DNA of 63,129 nt, the filler included, from Octopus bimaculoides (Eukaryota): the NCBI RefSeq assembly GCF_001194135.2. It is 9 parts of 9 records of this genome, joined end to end, with 100 filler letters (N's around TTAATTAATTAA, not from the genome) between each part and the next. Parts side by side here need not be neighbours in the genome. Positions count along the whole stretch, not along the records: positions 45,241 to 53,730 come from NW_026334666.1; positions 53,831 to 55,759 come from NW_026433908.1; positions 55,860 to 57,095 come from NW_026298029.1; positions 57,196 to 59,868 come from NW_026324664.1; positions 59,969 to 61,970 come from NW_026407771.1; positions 62,071 to 63,129 come from NW_026335083.1; 3 more parts are not named here. The stretch is one strand, 5' to 3'. The position numbers and the translations under genes are program-made. Within the stretch, counting starts at the first letter, position 1. Each line of letters begins with the position of its first letter. Below are positions 49,871 through 63,129 of the stretch, one piece after another. The notes beneath the pieces were generated by a model that ran no database searches, was not told the origin of the DNA, and was given only the letters and a program-made list of their open reading frames with translations.

Positions 49871-50841
49871 GGCATAACTACAGGGTTTTACCCCCCAGAC
49901 TTTGGGAGGTCATAACTTTAAGAAAAATGAACATTTTTTAATGAAATTTTCTATGCATATAGTATTTACTATGTAGAATAGAATCCGAATATACAAAAAT
50001 TTCCGGTGAAAGTGTTTTGGAATGGGGGTGGGGGACAATTTTCGGAAATTCCAACAGAGTCCACTTAAATTCTTCTTAACTTCCAGGAAGATTAATATTT
50101 TTTCGTGAAATTTTCTACAAATATACCTTGATGTATGTACATTTCGNNNNNNNNNNNNNNNNNNNNNNNNNNNNNNNNNNNNNNNNNNNNNNNNNNNNNN
50201 NNNNNNNNNNNNNNNNNNNNNNNNNNNNNNNNNNNNNNNNNNNNNNNNNNNNNNNNNNNNNNNNNNNNNNNNNNNNNNNNNNNNNNNNNNNNNNNNNNNN
50301 NNNNNNNNNNNNNNNNNNNNNNNNNNNNNNNNNNNNNNNNNNNNNNNNNNNNNNNNNNNNNNNNNNNNNNNNNNNNNNNNNNNNNNNNNNNNNNNNNNNN
50401 NNNNNNNNNNNNNNNNNNNNNNNNNNNNNNNTTAGAAATCTACGGATGCACATACGCACATAATAGAGAAAAATGAAACAATTATGGACGACTTGCTCCG
50501 AAACACCACCGAGTGGGGAACACTTCTCAAAAATAACCTGCAATTGTTTCCTTCAAAATTCCTACATGCTCGAAATGTACATACATCAAGGTATATTTGT
50601 AGAAAATTTCACGAAAAAATATTAATTTTCCTGGAAGTTAAGAAGAATTTAAGTGGACTCTGTTGGAATTTCCGAAAATTGTCCCCCAACCCCATTCCAA
50701 AACACTTTCACCGGAAATTTTTGTATATTCGGATTCTACATAGTAAATACTATATGCATAGAAAATTTCATTAAACAATATTAATTTTTCTGAAAGTTAT
50801 AACCTCCCAAAGTCTGGGGGGTAAAACACTGTAGTTATGCC
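49871..50841. mobile_element. Foldback-type non-autonomous DNA transposon (~275-bp TIRs, 8-bp TSD), candidate Merlin MITE
   Basis: TIRs 49871-50146 and ~50570-50841 starting GGCATAACTACAG. Exact TSD taaaagcg (49863-70 / 50842-49). N gap in the centre. Confidence 0.9.
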
Positions 50842-51761
50842 TAAAAGCGAATAATATCGCAACAAAAAAAAATAACAATAAAAATTCTTAATTATACTTC
50901 AAAATATTCTTTATGACAAACAAGCTGGTCGCGGCCACCAAAAACTATTAGCTAAATGGAGGTTAAGAAACTGAAAGTATATAGTTCATCAAGGATAGCC
51001 ATATACATTATTTCCTTAATTTCAAAGTTCAAAAACACGAGTTGATTTTTATTTTCTCTCTCTCTGAAAGCGATAGTGCAAACACCACTGTATGCTTATT
51101 TAATTAAATTCCATTTCGTTATTTCTTCAATGAGACAACGCTCATGTTTTATGTATAAACTAAGAACATATCTCGATAGTTCCGTCCACAATCAGCCTGT
51201 CTTTTTATCTTACAAAAGATGACAAAATTAGCTAATATGAATGTTAACAACCATGGGACTAATACAGCTATTTTCATGTATTTTTGGAAGTTTTTTGTTT
51301 TCGATAAACTTCATAGTTATACTATAGATTCAAACAAGTCTACAACGTTCTGTTGAGTAGGAATATCAGTTTCTCAATGTAATTTTCTAGTGTCAAAATA
51401 TTTTTGATATGTCAGGTGTTTGAACTGCAAACCACGACAAGCAAAGTATGTAAAACTGAAAATTAAATAAGAAAAATGTCATCACAAACCTTCCTTCCAG
51501 TTAGAAAAGTAATAAACTAACGTCGATAGCCGATTTATATACACTGATGACGTAGTGAAAATAAATCATGACGCAAAATAATCAGGAAGTACATATGCTG
51601 ATTTTACGAAGAAAAATATATTATATCGATAGTGTGTGTCATCATAAAATTAAATGATTGGTGAAACCAGTTTTTCCTGGAAAAAAGAAAATAGTTTCAT
51701 TTTCCTTTGAAAACGAGATAATACTTTCGTTTTGTGACAGAATTTTAATTTTTCTCTTTCA

Positions 51762-51961
51762 GCCTATTATAGGTACAAGGCCTGAAATTTTGGGGGAGGG
51801 GCATATCGATTCCATAGACTCTAGTGCATAACTGATATTTATTTCATCAACCCCGAAAGGATGAAAAAACTAAGTCGACCTCGGCGGAATTTGAACTCAG
51901 AACGTAAGCAGACAAAATATCGCTAAGCGGCGTGCTATTGAATCTGCCAGGTCTCTGCCTT
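51762..51961 (-). mobile_element. SINE family 1
   Basis: ccccgaaaggatgaaa..gtcgacctcggcggaatttgaactcagaacg; tail like 26013. Confidence 0.85.
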
Positions 51962-52264
51962 CTCTCTTACAGTGCCTCGTCGGTCACGCTGGGGAAAGCA
52001 GAGTAAATACACCTATTATTATTATTATTGTTGTTGTTGTTATTATTATTTCGTTGTTGTTCATTTTCCCACATTAACCTTTACTGATCCAAGCAAAAAA
52101 TAATATATTTTATTGATTTCATCGATCAAAAAATGTAAACAAACGCGCGCGGGCACACATTCACACTTACACACGTATGTATATGCGGTAATTGTTCAGT
52201 TTAGTTATATAAGGAAAAATAAAAATAAGATTAAGGGGAGATAAGTAGTAAAAGAAGCAGATTA

Positions 52265-52800
52265 TTTTTTATACCGCGTAAAGACTGGCGATCGCCGCCA
52301 GAAAGTGAACAAAAGTCTTCTTTTTCTAAGTGGAATTACGCCAGAGAAACTCATGCAGATATGAAACAAACAATACGCCCGACGCCCCAAACTGTCGTTT
52401 CAACTTCCGTTTCAACCGCATTCACATATTTTTCACATTTTGTGTGTAGACATCTTGATCATGAGGATCAACAAAATGACGTTGGTGTATAATCACCTCG
52501 GGCGTGTAGGCACCACCTTTGAGGATACCGATATTATAATATGCTCGCCATCCATCGCTCACTGTGAGACCCAGGCAAAATCCACCTTTGCATCAGCTCA
52601 GTTAAATTTTCTTCTGTGCAGTCAGGTACTTCGACACAAAAACACTACTCCCACACAGTTCAGCCGCTTTTTGGCACATAGGTAGATCACATGCCCTGAA
52701 GTTGAAATAAGGCTGGAACTTTTCGAAAATTCGATAATGCTCATTTGGCATCGATTTCTGTGAGCTCAATCGGGTGTTTGAATGGAAATTCCCATAACGA
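52265..52800 (-). pseudogene. Merlin transposase remnant (second family)
   Basis: EIDAK..FFVEVPD.TEENL..WILPGSH.SDGWRAY..HQRHFVDP..TQNVKNM*MRLKRKLKRQFG..SYLHEFLWR. Confidence 0.85.
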
Positions 52801-53417
52801 TGTTAATTTTCCTGCAGCTTTTGCTATATATATATGGATATAAATACATACATTATATATATATATAACTGACCAACAAAATAACTGACCAACAAAAAAC
52901 AAAACAAAATCAAAACCAACCAAGATTCAACCAAATCAAAAAATAATCCCAAATACTAAGCAAACAAAGATGAATCATCCAACTTTCACTGAGCGCGCAC
53001 ATCCAACTTCCACTGAGCGCGAGCGCACACACACACACACACGCACACATTCACATACCCACCTTTTACATACACACATATATTCACGCTGTTTGATTTA
53101 TTTTTTCAGCGTACAATTTTCATCATCCCACTACCAAGTATGACATCACCCCTTCCTTTCGCGTTCATAAACACAAGAGTATTATTATCTCGGTAACCAG
53201 GTGCGCTATGAAAAAAGACAAGAAAGAATCGCCCATATCAAATTTATATGCATATATATACATATACATACACACACACACACACACGCACACACACACA
53301 CACACACATATATATATACATATATATATACATATGTATATGGATATAATACAAATGATATATGAGCATATGCATGTATACATACATATATGTACATACC
53401 TACATCTACATATATAT

Positions 53418-53670
53418 AGGAACGGGAATATAAACAGCACAAAAAACGACTTTTTTTTACGGACAACAGAATGAACACATAGGAAAACAGACAAGCCAGA
53501 TATGGAACTTTTCCTTGATCAGCTGCCTCTATTCTAAACTACGCCTAGTTTAGAATAGAGGCAGCTGATGAAGGAAAAGTTCCATAGCTGGCTTGTCTGT
53601 TTTCCTATGTGTTCATTCTGTTGTCCGTAAAAAAAGTCGTTTTTTGTGCTTTGTTTATATTCCCGTTCCT
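53418..53670. repeat. Long palindrome (~125-bp arms, 4-nt loop cgcc)
   Basis: ..gcctctattctaaacta-cgcc-tagtttagaatagaggc..; left arm ~53418-53541, right arm ~53546-53670. Confidence 0.95.
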
Positions 53671-53892
53671 TTTTTGTCCTCGTTTTTTGACGTCCTGTAC
53701 CCAGATATGCATCTATATATACATGTAGATNNNNNNNNNNNNNNNNNNNNNNNNNNNNNNNNNNNNNNNNNNNNTTAATTAATTAANNNNNNNNNNNNNN
53801 NNNNNNNNNNNNNNNNNNNNNNNNNNNNNNGTGTGTATATGTGTGTATGTGCGTATGTGTGTGTGTGTATACATATACATTAACATATATAC

Positions 53893-54043
53893 GTGGGTAT
53901 GTGGTAAGTAGCTTGTTTACAAGGCACATGTTTCCATGTTCTGTCCCACCGTGTATCATCTTGGGCAAGTGCTTTCTATAATAGCCCCGGGCCGTACAAA
54001 TTGTTGTGAGTTGATATCATACATGGAAAGTGAAAGATATCCG

Positions 54044-54048
<5 letters not shown>
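53893..54048 (+). mobile_element. SINE family 2, 5' part
   Basis: tgtggtaagtagcttg..tcttgggcaagtgctttcta. Confidence 0.7.
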
Positions 54049-54102
<54 letters not shown>

Positions 54103-54811
54103 NNNNNNNNNNNNNNNNNNNNNNNNNNNNNNNNNNNNNNNNNNNNNNNNNNNNNNNNNNNNNNNNNNNNNNNNNNNNNNNNNNNNNNNNNNNNNNNNNN
54201 NNNNNNNNNNNNNNNNNNNNNNNNNNNNNNNNNNNNNNNNNNNNNNNNNNNNNNNNNNNNNNNNNNNNNNNNNNNNNNNNNNNNNNNNNNNNNNNNNNNN
54301 NNNNNNNNNNNNNNNNNNNNNNNNNNNNNNNNNNNNNNNNNNNNNNNNNNNNNNNNNNNNNNNNNNNNNNNNNNNNNNNNNNNNNNNNNNNNNNNNNNNN
54401 NNNNNNNNNNNNNNNNNNNNNNNNNNNNNNNNNNNNNNNNNNNNNNNNNNNNNNNNNNNNNNNNNNNNNNNNNNNNNNNNNNNNNNNNNNNNNNNNNNNN
54501 NNNNNNNNNNNNNNNNNNNNNNNNNNNNNNNNNNNNNNNNNNNNNNNNNNNNNNNNNNNNNNNNNNNNNNNNNNNNNNNNNNNNNNNNNNNNNNNNNNNN
54601 NNNNNNNNNNNNNNNNNNNNNNNNNNNNNNNNNNNNNNNNNNNNNNNNNNNNNNNNNNNNNNNNNNNNNNNNNNNNNNNNNNNNNNNNNNNNNNNNNNNN
54701 NNNNNNNNNNNNNNNNNNNNNNNNNNNNNNNNNNNNNNNNNNNNNNNNNNNNNNNNNNNNNNNNNNNNNNNNNNNNNNNNNNNNNNNNNNNNNNNNNNNN
54801 NNNNNNNNNNN

Positions 54812-54854
<43 letters not shown>

Positions 54855-54861
54855 GTGTGTG

Positions 54862-54899
<38 letters not shown>

Positions 54900-55954
54900 T
54901 GGGTATGTGCGAGTGTGTGTGTGTGTGTGAGTGTACGTGTGTGCGCGCGTGAGCGCGTTTGTATGTATACATGTGTGTGTAAAAGAAAATATTGAAAATG
55001 CAAGCTGATTGCTGTTGATTTCTTATTTTCAAATTATTAAATTGTTATGCAGTTATCCGGATTTCTCCGACTTTCGAAAGTTGAGAGAGATGCTGGAACT
55101 GCTTTGGTTCAGCTTGGAATTCTTGAATATCAGAAAAATTGGGGAGAGCGTTTATGACATTTAAAAATTCGTAACGAAACCCTATACATTTCCAGTTTCT
55201 GTTTTTAATTTCTACCTCTGTAGAATACAATAACTGTTGACATACATGAAGCACGCACACACATATATGTGTGTTAGTGTTTGTGTGTGTATGAGTGTGT
55301 CTATGCTTGCGTGTGCGTGTTTTTGTTTTTCGATAATATTTTCAAGATTTTCTACTTTTCTGAGAAGGGAACAATTACCGGATATTTGCTTTTCTAGGAA
55401 GACGCCCTCCGGACAGGGTATAATTGTATTTATTTATCCCACTGAATCTGCCAACACGATGTCTCTAGCCTAAACCAATGTTATATTTTGCCAGAATTAT
55501 ACTTGACCTTGTGTCTCTTGATGAAGAAGCAGTAGGTTAAAATAAAATAAGAAAATCACATAAATAAAATACATAAAATTGCCACGTAACGAAAAGGGAG
55601 ATTTACTGATGTTCGGTGACATAAAATCAATCTTGCAGCTGTGCGATATATCTATACATATAAAGTGTACAAAATATAAATTTATCCGTTGCTCCATCGT
55701 GTGAAAGCTTCATTTCTGAACTATCTTCTTTTCATAAGTAAGTAGATGTAATTTAGTTCNNNNNNNNNNNNNNNNNNNNNNNNNNNNNNNNNNNNNNNNN
55801 NNNTTAATTAATTAANNNNNNNNNNNNNNNNNNNNNNNNNNNNNNNNNNNNNNNNNNNNTATATATATATGTATATTTATATGTATAAATGTCTAAATAT
55901 ATATGCATTATGTTACTCATATGCATGTAAACACATATGTGTATTATTTATTTA

Positions 55955-56170
55955 CTACCCACAAGGGGCTACACACAGAGAGGACAAACAAGGACAGACA
56001 AACGGATTAAGTCGATTATACCGACCCCAGTGCGTAACTGGTACTTATTTAATCGGCCCGAAAGGATGAAAGGCAAAGTCGACCTCGGCGGAATTTGAAC
56101 TCAGAACGTAGCGGCAGACGAAATATCGCTAAGCATTTCGCCCGGTGTGCTAACGTTTCTGCCAGCTCGC
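55955..56170 (-). mobile_element. SINE family 1 with L1/Tx1-like tail (second copy)
   Basis: Tail ..agccccttgtgggtagtaaataaa matches the 25662 copy. Confidence 0.85.
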
Positions 56171-56537
56171 ATATGTGTATATGAGGTTGAGGTTGCGTAC
56201 ATATATGCATATATATGTGTCCGTGTGTGTGTGGATATGTGTATATGTATGAGTACGTCCATACACATATATGTTTGTTCGTGTGCATGTGCATGTACGT
56301 ATACATTTTGTGCGAGTGTGTACGTATGTAGACGTTGTGAACGCCGGAGGTTTATGCCTACGTATTATGGGGATATGGTTGCGTTTATTTATTTTCTTTT
56401 TTCTTGTTCTACTTATTAGAGTAATTTCTCTTTTATTCAACAGTTTTTCATAGCGTGTGTTGCCATTAATAGCCGACGAGAATGTATCGTAGAACACTTC
56501 GCTCCGATATTCGAAACTCCGAGTACTATAATGACAA

Positions 56538-57095
56538 ATGGCAAAAGAATGTTTATGGTGGACGCGTCTGAAAGGTCTAGAGACAAAGACTTTCCTCTCT
56601 GGGCAATCTCTCATCAACTTCTTCAAGTATCACCTGTAGAGGAAGGTGAGAGTAGAAAGGGAAGTCTTGTCTAGTGAATGCTTCAAAAAAAGATGGGTGA
56701 ATGTAGCAAGGATGGCACGTGTGAATGACAGGGCCACCTTGAGCATAACCCTATAAACTAGAAAAAAATCCAGAAAAAAAAACCCAGAAAGGCAAAAGAG
56801 AGTCACTTACTGTTATAGTTTCTTCAATGACAATATTGACTAAGGTTACCGTGGTCTTTTCCGTAGGCTTTTCTTTCCACGGCTAAACCTAAACTGTCCT
56901 CCCCTCCTTTTACATGAGAACATTACTGTGATACACGATCCCTATTGATCGCTTTTTTTTCTCTCGATCCCTTTTGATCGAACACCCCCTTCCCTTTTTC
57001 CCTTCCTACGATCCCTTTTGATCGACACACTTACTTTCTTTTTCTTTCCTTCCACCTCCCAAAAAGAAAAGCTCTACATTGTATTTGTCCCATCT
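56538..57095 (+). mobile_element. L1/Tx1 LINE extreme 3' end plus UTR
   Basis: AKECLWWTRLKGLETKTFLSGQSLINFFKYHL*RKVRVEREVL..RW, homologous to the C-terminus of 7032-7610. Confidence 0.85.
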
Positions 57096-57284
57096 NNNNN
57101 NNNNNNNNNNNNNNNNNNNNNNNNNNNNNNNNNNNNNNNTTAATTAATTAANNNNNNNNNNNNNNNNNNNNNNNNNNNNNNNNNNNNNNNNNNNNATAAT
57201 AATAATAATAATAATAATAACAATAATAATAATAATGGTAATAATGATGTCGATGATAATAATAATAATAAGAATAAAAATGAT

Positions 57285-58020
57285 GATTTCTTTATTGGCT
57301 ACAAGGGCCGAACACAAAGCAAGTAGGGACAATACAACACAAGGAACAAGTGGGGTTTGGAACAATGTCGAGTATACAATAAATAGCAATAATAATTAAC
57401 TATACAATTAAACAATAAAAATTTCCTAAAAGTGGGGAAACTCTCACAGGGAAAACCGAGGAACCGCACACATCCTGGTTTCTCCGACCACCAGATGCAC
57501 CTTGGCAGTCACCTCGCTCCTTCTCAACTCTTCGGGTTTGCAAGCAAATGTTCAAAGTAGGTCCATTCACACGAGCCTTCTTCGCCACATACACCCACTT
57601 TCCAACAAAAATATTAGAGGTGGGGGAGTTGGGAAGAACTTCCCTCTCCATCCCCACTTTTCAAGTGAAACTTGAAAAAGCCACTTGGCTGAAGTGGAAA
57701 ATATTTTTCAGTCCTATCAATCTCGTTCATCACGCTATCTCTTTCGCCATAACCATCAGACAAAAGAAAACTGCCTTTCCTTCCCAGAGTTTCCACGAAG
57801 ACGTCGTCGTTCTTGTCCGCCACTAATCCCCTATAGAACTTCCACCGACCGCGTTGTCTGACTGGTAGAAAGTTGTGAGCGCTTACCGTCATTCCAGGTT
57901 CCAAGCGCTCTTTCTTTGTCAGAGTTTTATCCAGGACTGTAACTCCGTCAGTGTGACGAGCTACGGAAAATCCTCTCTGACAAACGGTGATCCCACCCGC
58001 CAGAGATGTTACAGCCTCGT
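57285..58020 (-). mobile_element. L1/Tx1 LINE 3' end (internally deleted) with (ATC/ATT)n tail
   Basis: FYRGLVADKNDDVFVETLG, FFKFHLK, EREVLP..KW. Ends ggcccttgtagccaataaagaaatc. Confidence 0.85.
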
Positions 58021-58867
58021 CGAGATTTGCATTTAGATGGCAAAGAGCCGGAAGAAATGCTGCTAAGCATGTAATATTTGCTTGTAATTTAGATATAAGG
58101 CCAGCAATTTTGAAGGAGGCGTAAGACGATAAGAGTGACTCCAGCACAAAACTGGTACTTTGATTTATTAACGCTGGCGGGATGAAAGGCAATGTTCAAG
58201 TCAAGTATTTTTACGACGAATTAACGATTCTTCCAGCTAGCGGGATTTAAAAACGATAAAGAAATAAATTGATAGAGTGCCATTAACGACACACAAGAGA
58301 TTGAAAAGTGTTAAATTTTAATTGTAGCTATCCTACGAACTAAAATCGTAAGACAAGTAAATGGAACTCTTGGTTCCTTCTATTCACGAGGATTTTACAA
58401 CACACATCAACAAACTGGATACAACATAATATTATAAAATTACAAAAATTGACACAAGTCACACAGGCTCAAAACATTCAAGGCAATACTAAGATGAAAC
58501 ATGAAAAAGTATGGTTTACAGAATTAAGAGTTCGAACAAACTCAAAAGATATAAGAAGTATTTATAAAAATAAAATTCCTTAATATAGGCGTAGGCATGG
58601 CTGTGTGGTTAAGGAGCTCGATTTGCAACCAACTAGCTTCGAATTCAATTCCACACCTGCTTACGATTGCTTCGGCCGATCAATGTCTTGTGAGTAAATT
58701 TGATTGACGGAAACTGTGCGGAAACACGTCGTATGTATATGTGTGTGTGAGAGCGTATGTGAGTGAGTATGTGTTTAGGTATGTTTGTATTTGTTATGTG
58801 CTTATACCTCAGCACTACGTTACACCGGTGTTGTTTTATTTACAACTTAGTGGTTCAGTGGGATCAG

Positions 58868-59225
58868 ACACCAGAAACCTGACATTGTTTTGGTGAGCAA
58901 AAGAGCAAAAAAAAAAAAAAACTTGCAAAATAATCGATGTAGCATGTCCCGGTGATATTAGAATCAAAGAGACACAAGAAGAAAAACTGAACATCTATGG
59001 CAATTTGGAGTGGGAAATACGCAGGTTGTGGTCAATGAAAAAGAGAGCGGAAGTGATAAAGTAGCAATTGGCGCGCTTGGAAATATCAGCGCTACCAATA
59101 TGGCTCAAAAAGATTAGAACAAATGTAAAGATAAAACGTCTATAAGATTCATCACGGGTTCTCGAAGCATGATCATTAAACAAATGTTACATTAGTCTGC
59201 TGGCTACGGACAGCTGATACTTTCC
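58868..59225 (+). pseudogene. R4/Dong RLE fragment
   Basis: KPDIVLV..CKIIDVACPGD..EEKL..LEWEIRRLWSMKK. Confidence 0.8.
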
Positions 59226-59233
59226 ACCATATC

Positions 59234-59848
59234 GAGCAAGTGTCACCGCTGTATCGTATCTGCAATAGAGTTGATGAAACCATTGCCCATATCACGAACG
59301 AATGCCCTAGACTTGACTAAAACCACTGCAAGATGTGGCGACAGGACCAAGTAGCGAAAAGAAACTGTGCGAAAAGTGGGGACTAGAGAGACGCATGAGG
59401 TGGTATGAGCACGGAGCGCAGGAAGTGGCAAAGTTGGAGGTTAGCAAAATTCTCTGAGATTTTCCAATCCAAACAGATCAGGTGCTAGAGTATAACAGAC
59501 CAGACCTAGTAGTGGTGGACAAGGTGCACCACATATGATATATAGTTGATGTCGCATGGCCCTTTGATCCACGAATAGTCAAGATGGAAGACGAAAAGAA
59601 AGATAGATACAATCGTCTTAAGTACGAATTAACCCGGCTATGGAAAATGAAGGTGAAGAGAGTGCCAATTATTGTTGGGTCCTTCGGAACAGTATGAGAA
59701 GGCATCAAGGGGAATATAAGGGACATTGGAACAGAGTGTATAGTAGAACTTTTGCTTCCTTCGCACGGCATGGTACCGTAGGCTGCAGCTAGTAAACCCG
59801 CTTCGCATGCAAGACGCCAGAAGATACAAAAAAACAGTGATAAAGAGA
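59234..59848 (+). mobile_element. R4/Dong 3' end, same family as 25060-25988, with (TAA)n tail
   Basis: Clear nucleotide similarity to 25060-25988, including the 3' UTR catggtaccgt..gctgcag..acgccag. Confidence 0.88.
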
Positions 59849-60200
59849 TAATAATAATAATAATAATANNNNNNNNNNNNNNNNNNNNNNNNNNNNNNNN
59901 NNNNNNNNNNNNTTAATTAATTAANNNNNNNNNNNNNNNNNNNNNNNNNNNNNNNNNNNNNNNNNNNNGAGAAGAAAGTGAAAAGGCGATACTTGCTTTG
60001 AAGTGAAAGCAGAAAGTGAAAGACGTATGTACGTGTATATGAAATGGACGTAAGTTTGTGTGTGTGTATGTATGTGTGTGTGTATGTGTGTGTGTGTGTG
60101 TATGTGTGTGTCTGTGTGCGTGAGAGAGAGTGTGAGTGAGTGAAGATGTGTGTTGTCATGTATGTATTTTTTGCATATATGTGTAAGTGGTGCAAACTCA

Positions 60201-60234
<34 letters not shown>

Positions 60235-61538
60235 TACACATTCACACCCATTATCTTTCATATACGCATACACAAACACATATGCATATATCTTTTTTAT
60301 ATGTATGTGTGCGTGTGCATGTGAGAGAGAGTGTGTGGATGTCTTTTAATGAAATTTTTTGGATTGTAGCTTATTTAAATACAATATTTATGTGTACATT
60401 TTCATAAATGTTTGCCTGAATAGAATTCTACGCTTACGTGAAACATTGGACGAAAGTGAAACAGAAGCAAATCGAGATATTGCCCGAAAATGACCTCAAA
60501 ATTGTGCGACCCGACTTGGTTTCCGAGGTTATTTTAATAGTAAGAAAAAGTTGTAACAAAAACAGTTTATTCGGTAGATAGATGATAAGTAGCATTATTA
60601 TAGTACAGACGTGACTAATTCGGAGAAACATTACTTTCATTATTCATACATCGTGATTCTCGTAATGCAACACTGTAATTTTGGTTGAAATTGAAAGTGT
60701 GAAACTATTTTCACTTTCTAATGAAACCTGATTGTTGTAGAGCGGTATCTTTCAAATAACTATAGCTGATTGTTAAGATAACGTAGAAAATATGTACATG
60801 AAAATAAAGTTAATTTGGTAGCCGAAAGATTTCTGAATCTTTTGATACCCCATACGTCAAAATTGACAACTCAGTTTTTGAATGCGGATGGAACATACGC
60901 AAACGCNNNNNNNNNNNNNNNNNNNNNNNNNNNNNNNNNNNNNNNNNNNNNNNNNNNNNNNNNNNNNNNNNNNNNNNNNNNNNNNNNNNNNNNNNNNNNN
61001 NNNNNNNNNNNNNNNNNNNNNNNNNNNNNNNNNNNNNNNNNNNNNNNNNNNNNNNNNNNNNNNNNNNNNNNNNNNNNNNNNNNNNNNNNNNNNNNNNNNN
61101 NNNNNNNNNNNNNNNNNNNNNNNNNNNNNNNNNNNNNNNNNNNNNNNNNNNNNNNNNNNNNNNNNNNNNNNNNNNNNNNNNNNNNNNNNNNNNNNNNNNN
61201 NNNNNNNNNNNNNNNNNNNNNNNNNNNNNNNNNNNNNNNNNNNNNNNNNNNNNNNNNNNNNNNNNNNNNNNNNNNNNNNNNNNNNNNNNNNNNNNNNNNN
61301 NNNNNNNNNNNNNNNNNNNNNNNNNNNNNNNNNNNNNNNNNNNNNNNNNNNNNNNNNNNNNNNNNNNNNNNNNNNNNNNNNNNNNNNNNNNNNNNNNNNN
61401 NNNNNNNNNNNNNNNNNNNNNNNNNNNNNNNNNNNNNNNNNNNNNNNNNNNNNNNNNNNNNNNNNNNNNNNNNNNNNNNNNNNNNNNNNNNNNNNNNNNN
61501 NNNNNNNNNNNNNNNNNNNNNNNNNNNNNNNNNNNNNN

Positions 61539-61970
61539 GAAATGTCGAGAAAGGCAACGGAAGTGTTGGAAATGATGCAGGAGAATTCGAGGGCAGGATA
61601 GAAGGATTAGACAAAAGAGAGAAAAGAGTCTAGTTGTTCGCGGGAGAGCGGGTAGCACCGATACAGTCATCAATATAACGACCGTATAGTTCAGGAGTGG
61701 GACTAGTGAATCTTGAAAATATTTGGGCCTCAACGTAGCTAGCGAATAGGTTCGCATAGTTGGAGCCCATTCTCGTTCCCATGGCCACTCCCGAAATTTG
61801 TTGGTAAAACTACCCCGCGAACGAGAAGCAGTTGAGGGAGAGAACAAGTTCGGTCAGACGAAGAAGTGTGGACGTATCAGGTTGGGGTTGGGTTGAAGCT
61901 CTAGGAAGTGTCTAGGGGGAAAGAAGTCCTTCGTTGTGTGGGATCACCGTATATAGACTCTTGATATCAA
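61539..61970 (-). pseudogene. Penelope-like element reverse transcriptase fragment
   Basis: DIKSLYTVIPHNEG..QQISGVAMGTRMGSNYANLF..LYGRYIDDCIG..FLDI; bounded by gaps. Confidence 0.9.
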
Positions 61971-63096
61971 NNNNNNNNNNNNNNNNNNNNNNNNNNNNNN
62001 NNNNNNNNNNNNNNTTAATTAATTAANNNNNNNNNNNNNNNNNNNNNNNNNNNNNNNNNNNNNNNNNNNNTTTCGTCCTTTCGGGATGGATAAAATAACT
62101 ACCAGCCAAGTATTGGAGTTGATCAAATTGACCCTTTACGCCATCAAAGTTGTGTTATTGGGCTAGTATCAGAAATTAGAATTAAACATCATAACTCTTT
62201 GGCACGCACAGAACATACAGCGTTGCGTATAACAAATGATTGACATACGAACTTTTCATCAAATTTAAACAAGAATATTACGACAAAGCTGCGTGATAGT
62301 AGTGTCAGATGTGGTATAACTTGTTTTATTCTTGTCTTCTGTTTTATTTTGACATGCGCATTGCGTTTTAATTCTGCTCTTTCGCTTTACGAATTCAGTG
62401 AGCACATGCACATTGCGTATTCATACTTCTCTTTTCGGTTCCTACTCAAAACTATAGATCACAACCATCTCACGAACGTGCGTTCGCGAAGAGCGCTTCT
62501 CGCTCCGATAGTTGCGAAAGAAAGAAATTTGAACAATCAATATTATTTTGGCCATTGCTAATTAGTGATCACAAGTATTTAGTGAACATTGCTTCATTAT
62601 TAAGCAAGCTACCAATGTTTCTTTCGAATGCCTAAATAGATATTGTTAAAATACCTCCACTTCCTTTAATAAATGGATCTGCTATATGCAAGTGTGTTCC
62701 AATGGGTATTTTGTTTTACTTTAGCTCAGCAAAAACTATGTCTACTCTTCATAAAGTCATATGCGATACACAATTTGAATTTAAGCAGACTACAGCCAGC
62801 AATGAAGTCATTGTGCAATCATGAACAAGCATGACGAGCAATCATAACGTCAGACAATTATATGGGTCTCTGGCTTGTATTTCCCTTATCGCCGTCTGAC
62901 AATATGCTTTCTACGTAACTATCTGACGATGTGTTTTCTCACTGTGCTGTCCCTATAGGTTACATCAACTGGTTGCAGCAATAATGTGATGTTATGCGCT
63001 GCTGAATATTGAAACATATGTAAGAATGTGTGTGTGTGTGTGTGTACATATACGCATACATATACATATATACATATAAATACACACACACATATA

Positions 63097-63129
<33 letters not shown>

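Overview
AT-rich, microsatellite-laden eukaryotic draft-assembly window with many N gaps. It is almost entirely nested transposable-element debris; the repeat repertoire looks cephalopod/octopus-like, which is an inference from memory and not a database result. I recognise no host protein-coding gene, and nearly all of the supplied ORF track is low-complexity, gap-spanning or antisense-to-TE noise. Supported content: (i) L1/Tx1-type LINEs, including one near-complete but broken ORF2 at 7.0-10.25 kb; (ii) many R4/Dong-type (RLE) LINE pieces abutting (TAA)n/(TGA)n; (iii) two RTE LINE remnants and a Penelope-like RT fragment; (iv) four copies of a ~1-kb TG..CA LTR family, one with a clean 4-bp TSD; (v) mariner, hAT-Charlie, piggyBac-like and Merlin DNA transposon remnants/MITEs, several with readable TIRs and TSDs; (vi) at least three tRNA-derived SINE families. 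The best leads are a SINE whose 3' tail matches the local L1/Tx1 3' end, a conserved 3' hairpin in the LTR family, a chain of retroelements inserted into trinucleotide microsatellites, Merlin transposases plus a GG-ended foldback with an 8-bp TSD, and a degenerate hammerhead-like motif. I found nothing I can honestly call a new functional system. Coordinates of degraded remnants are approximate (tens of bp).
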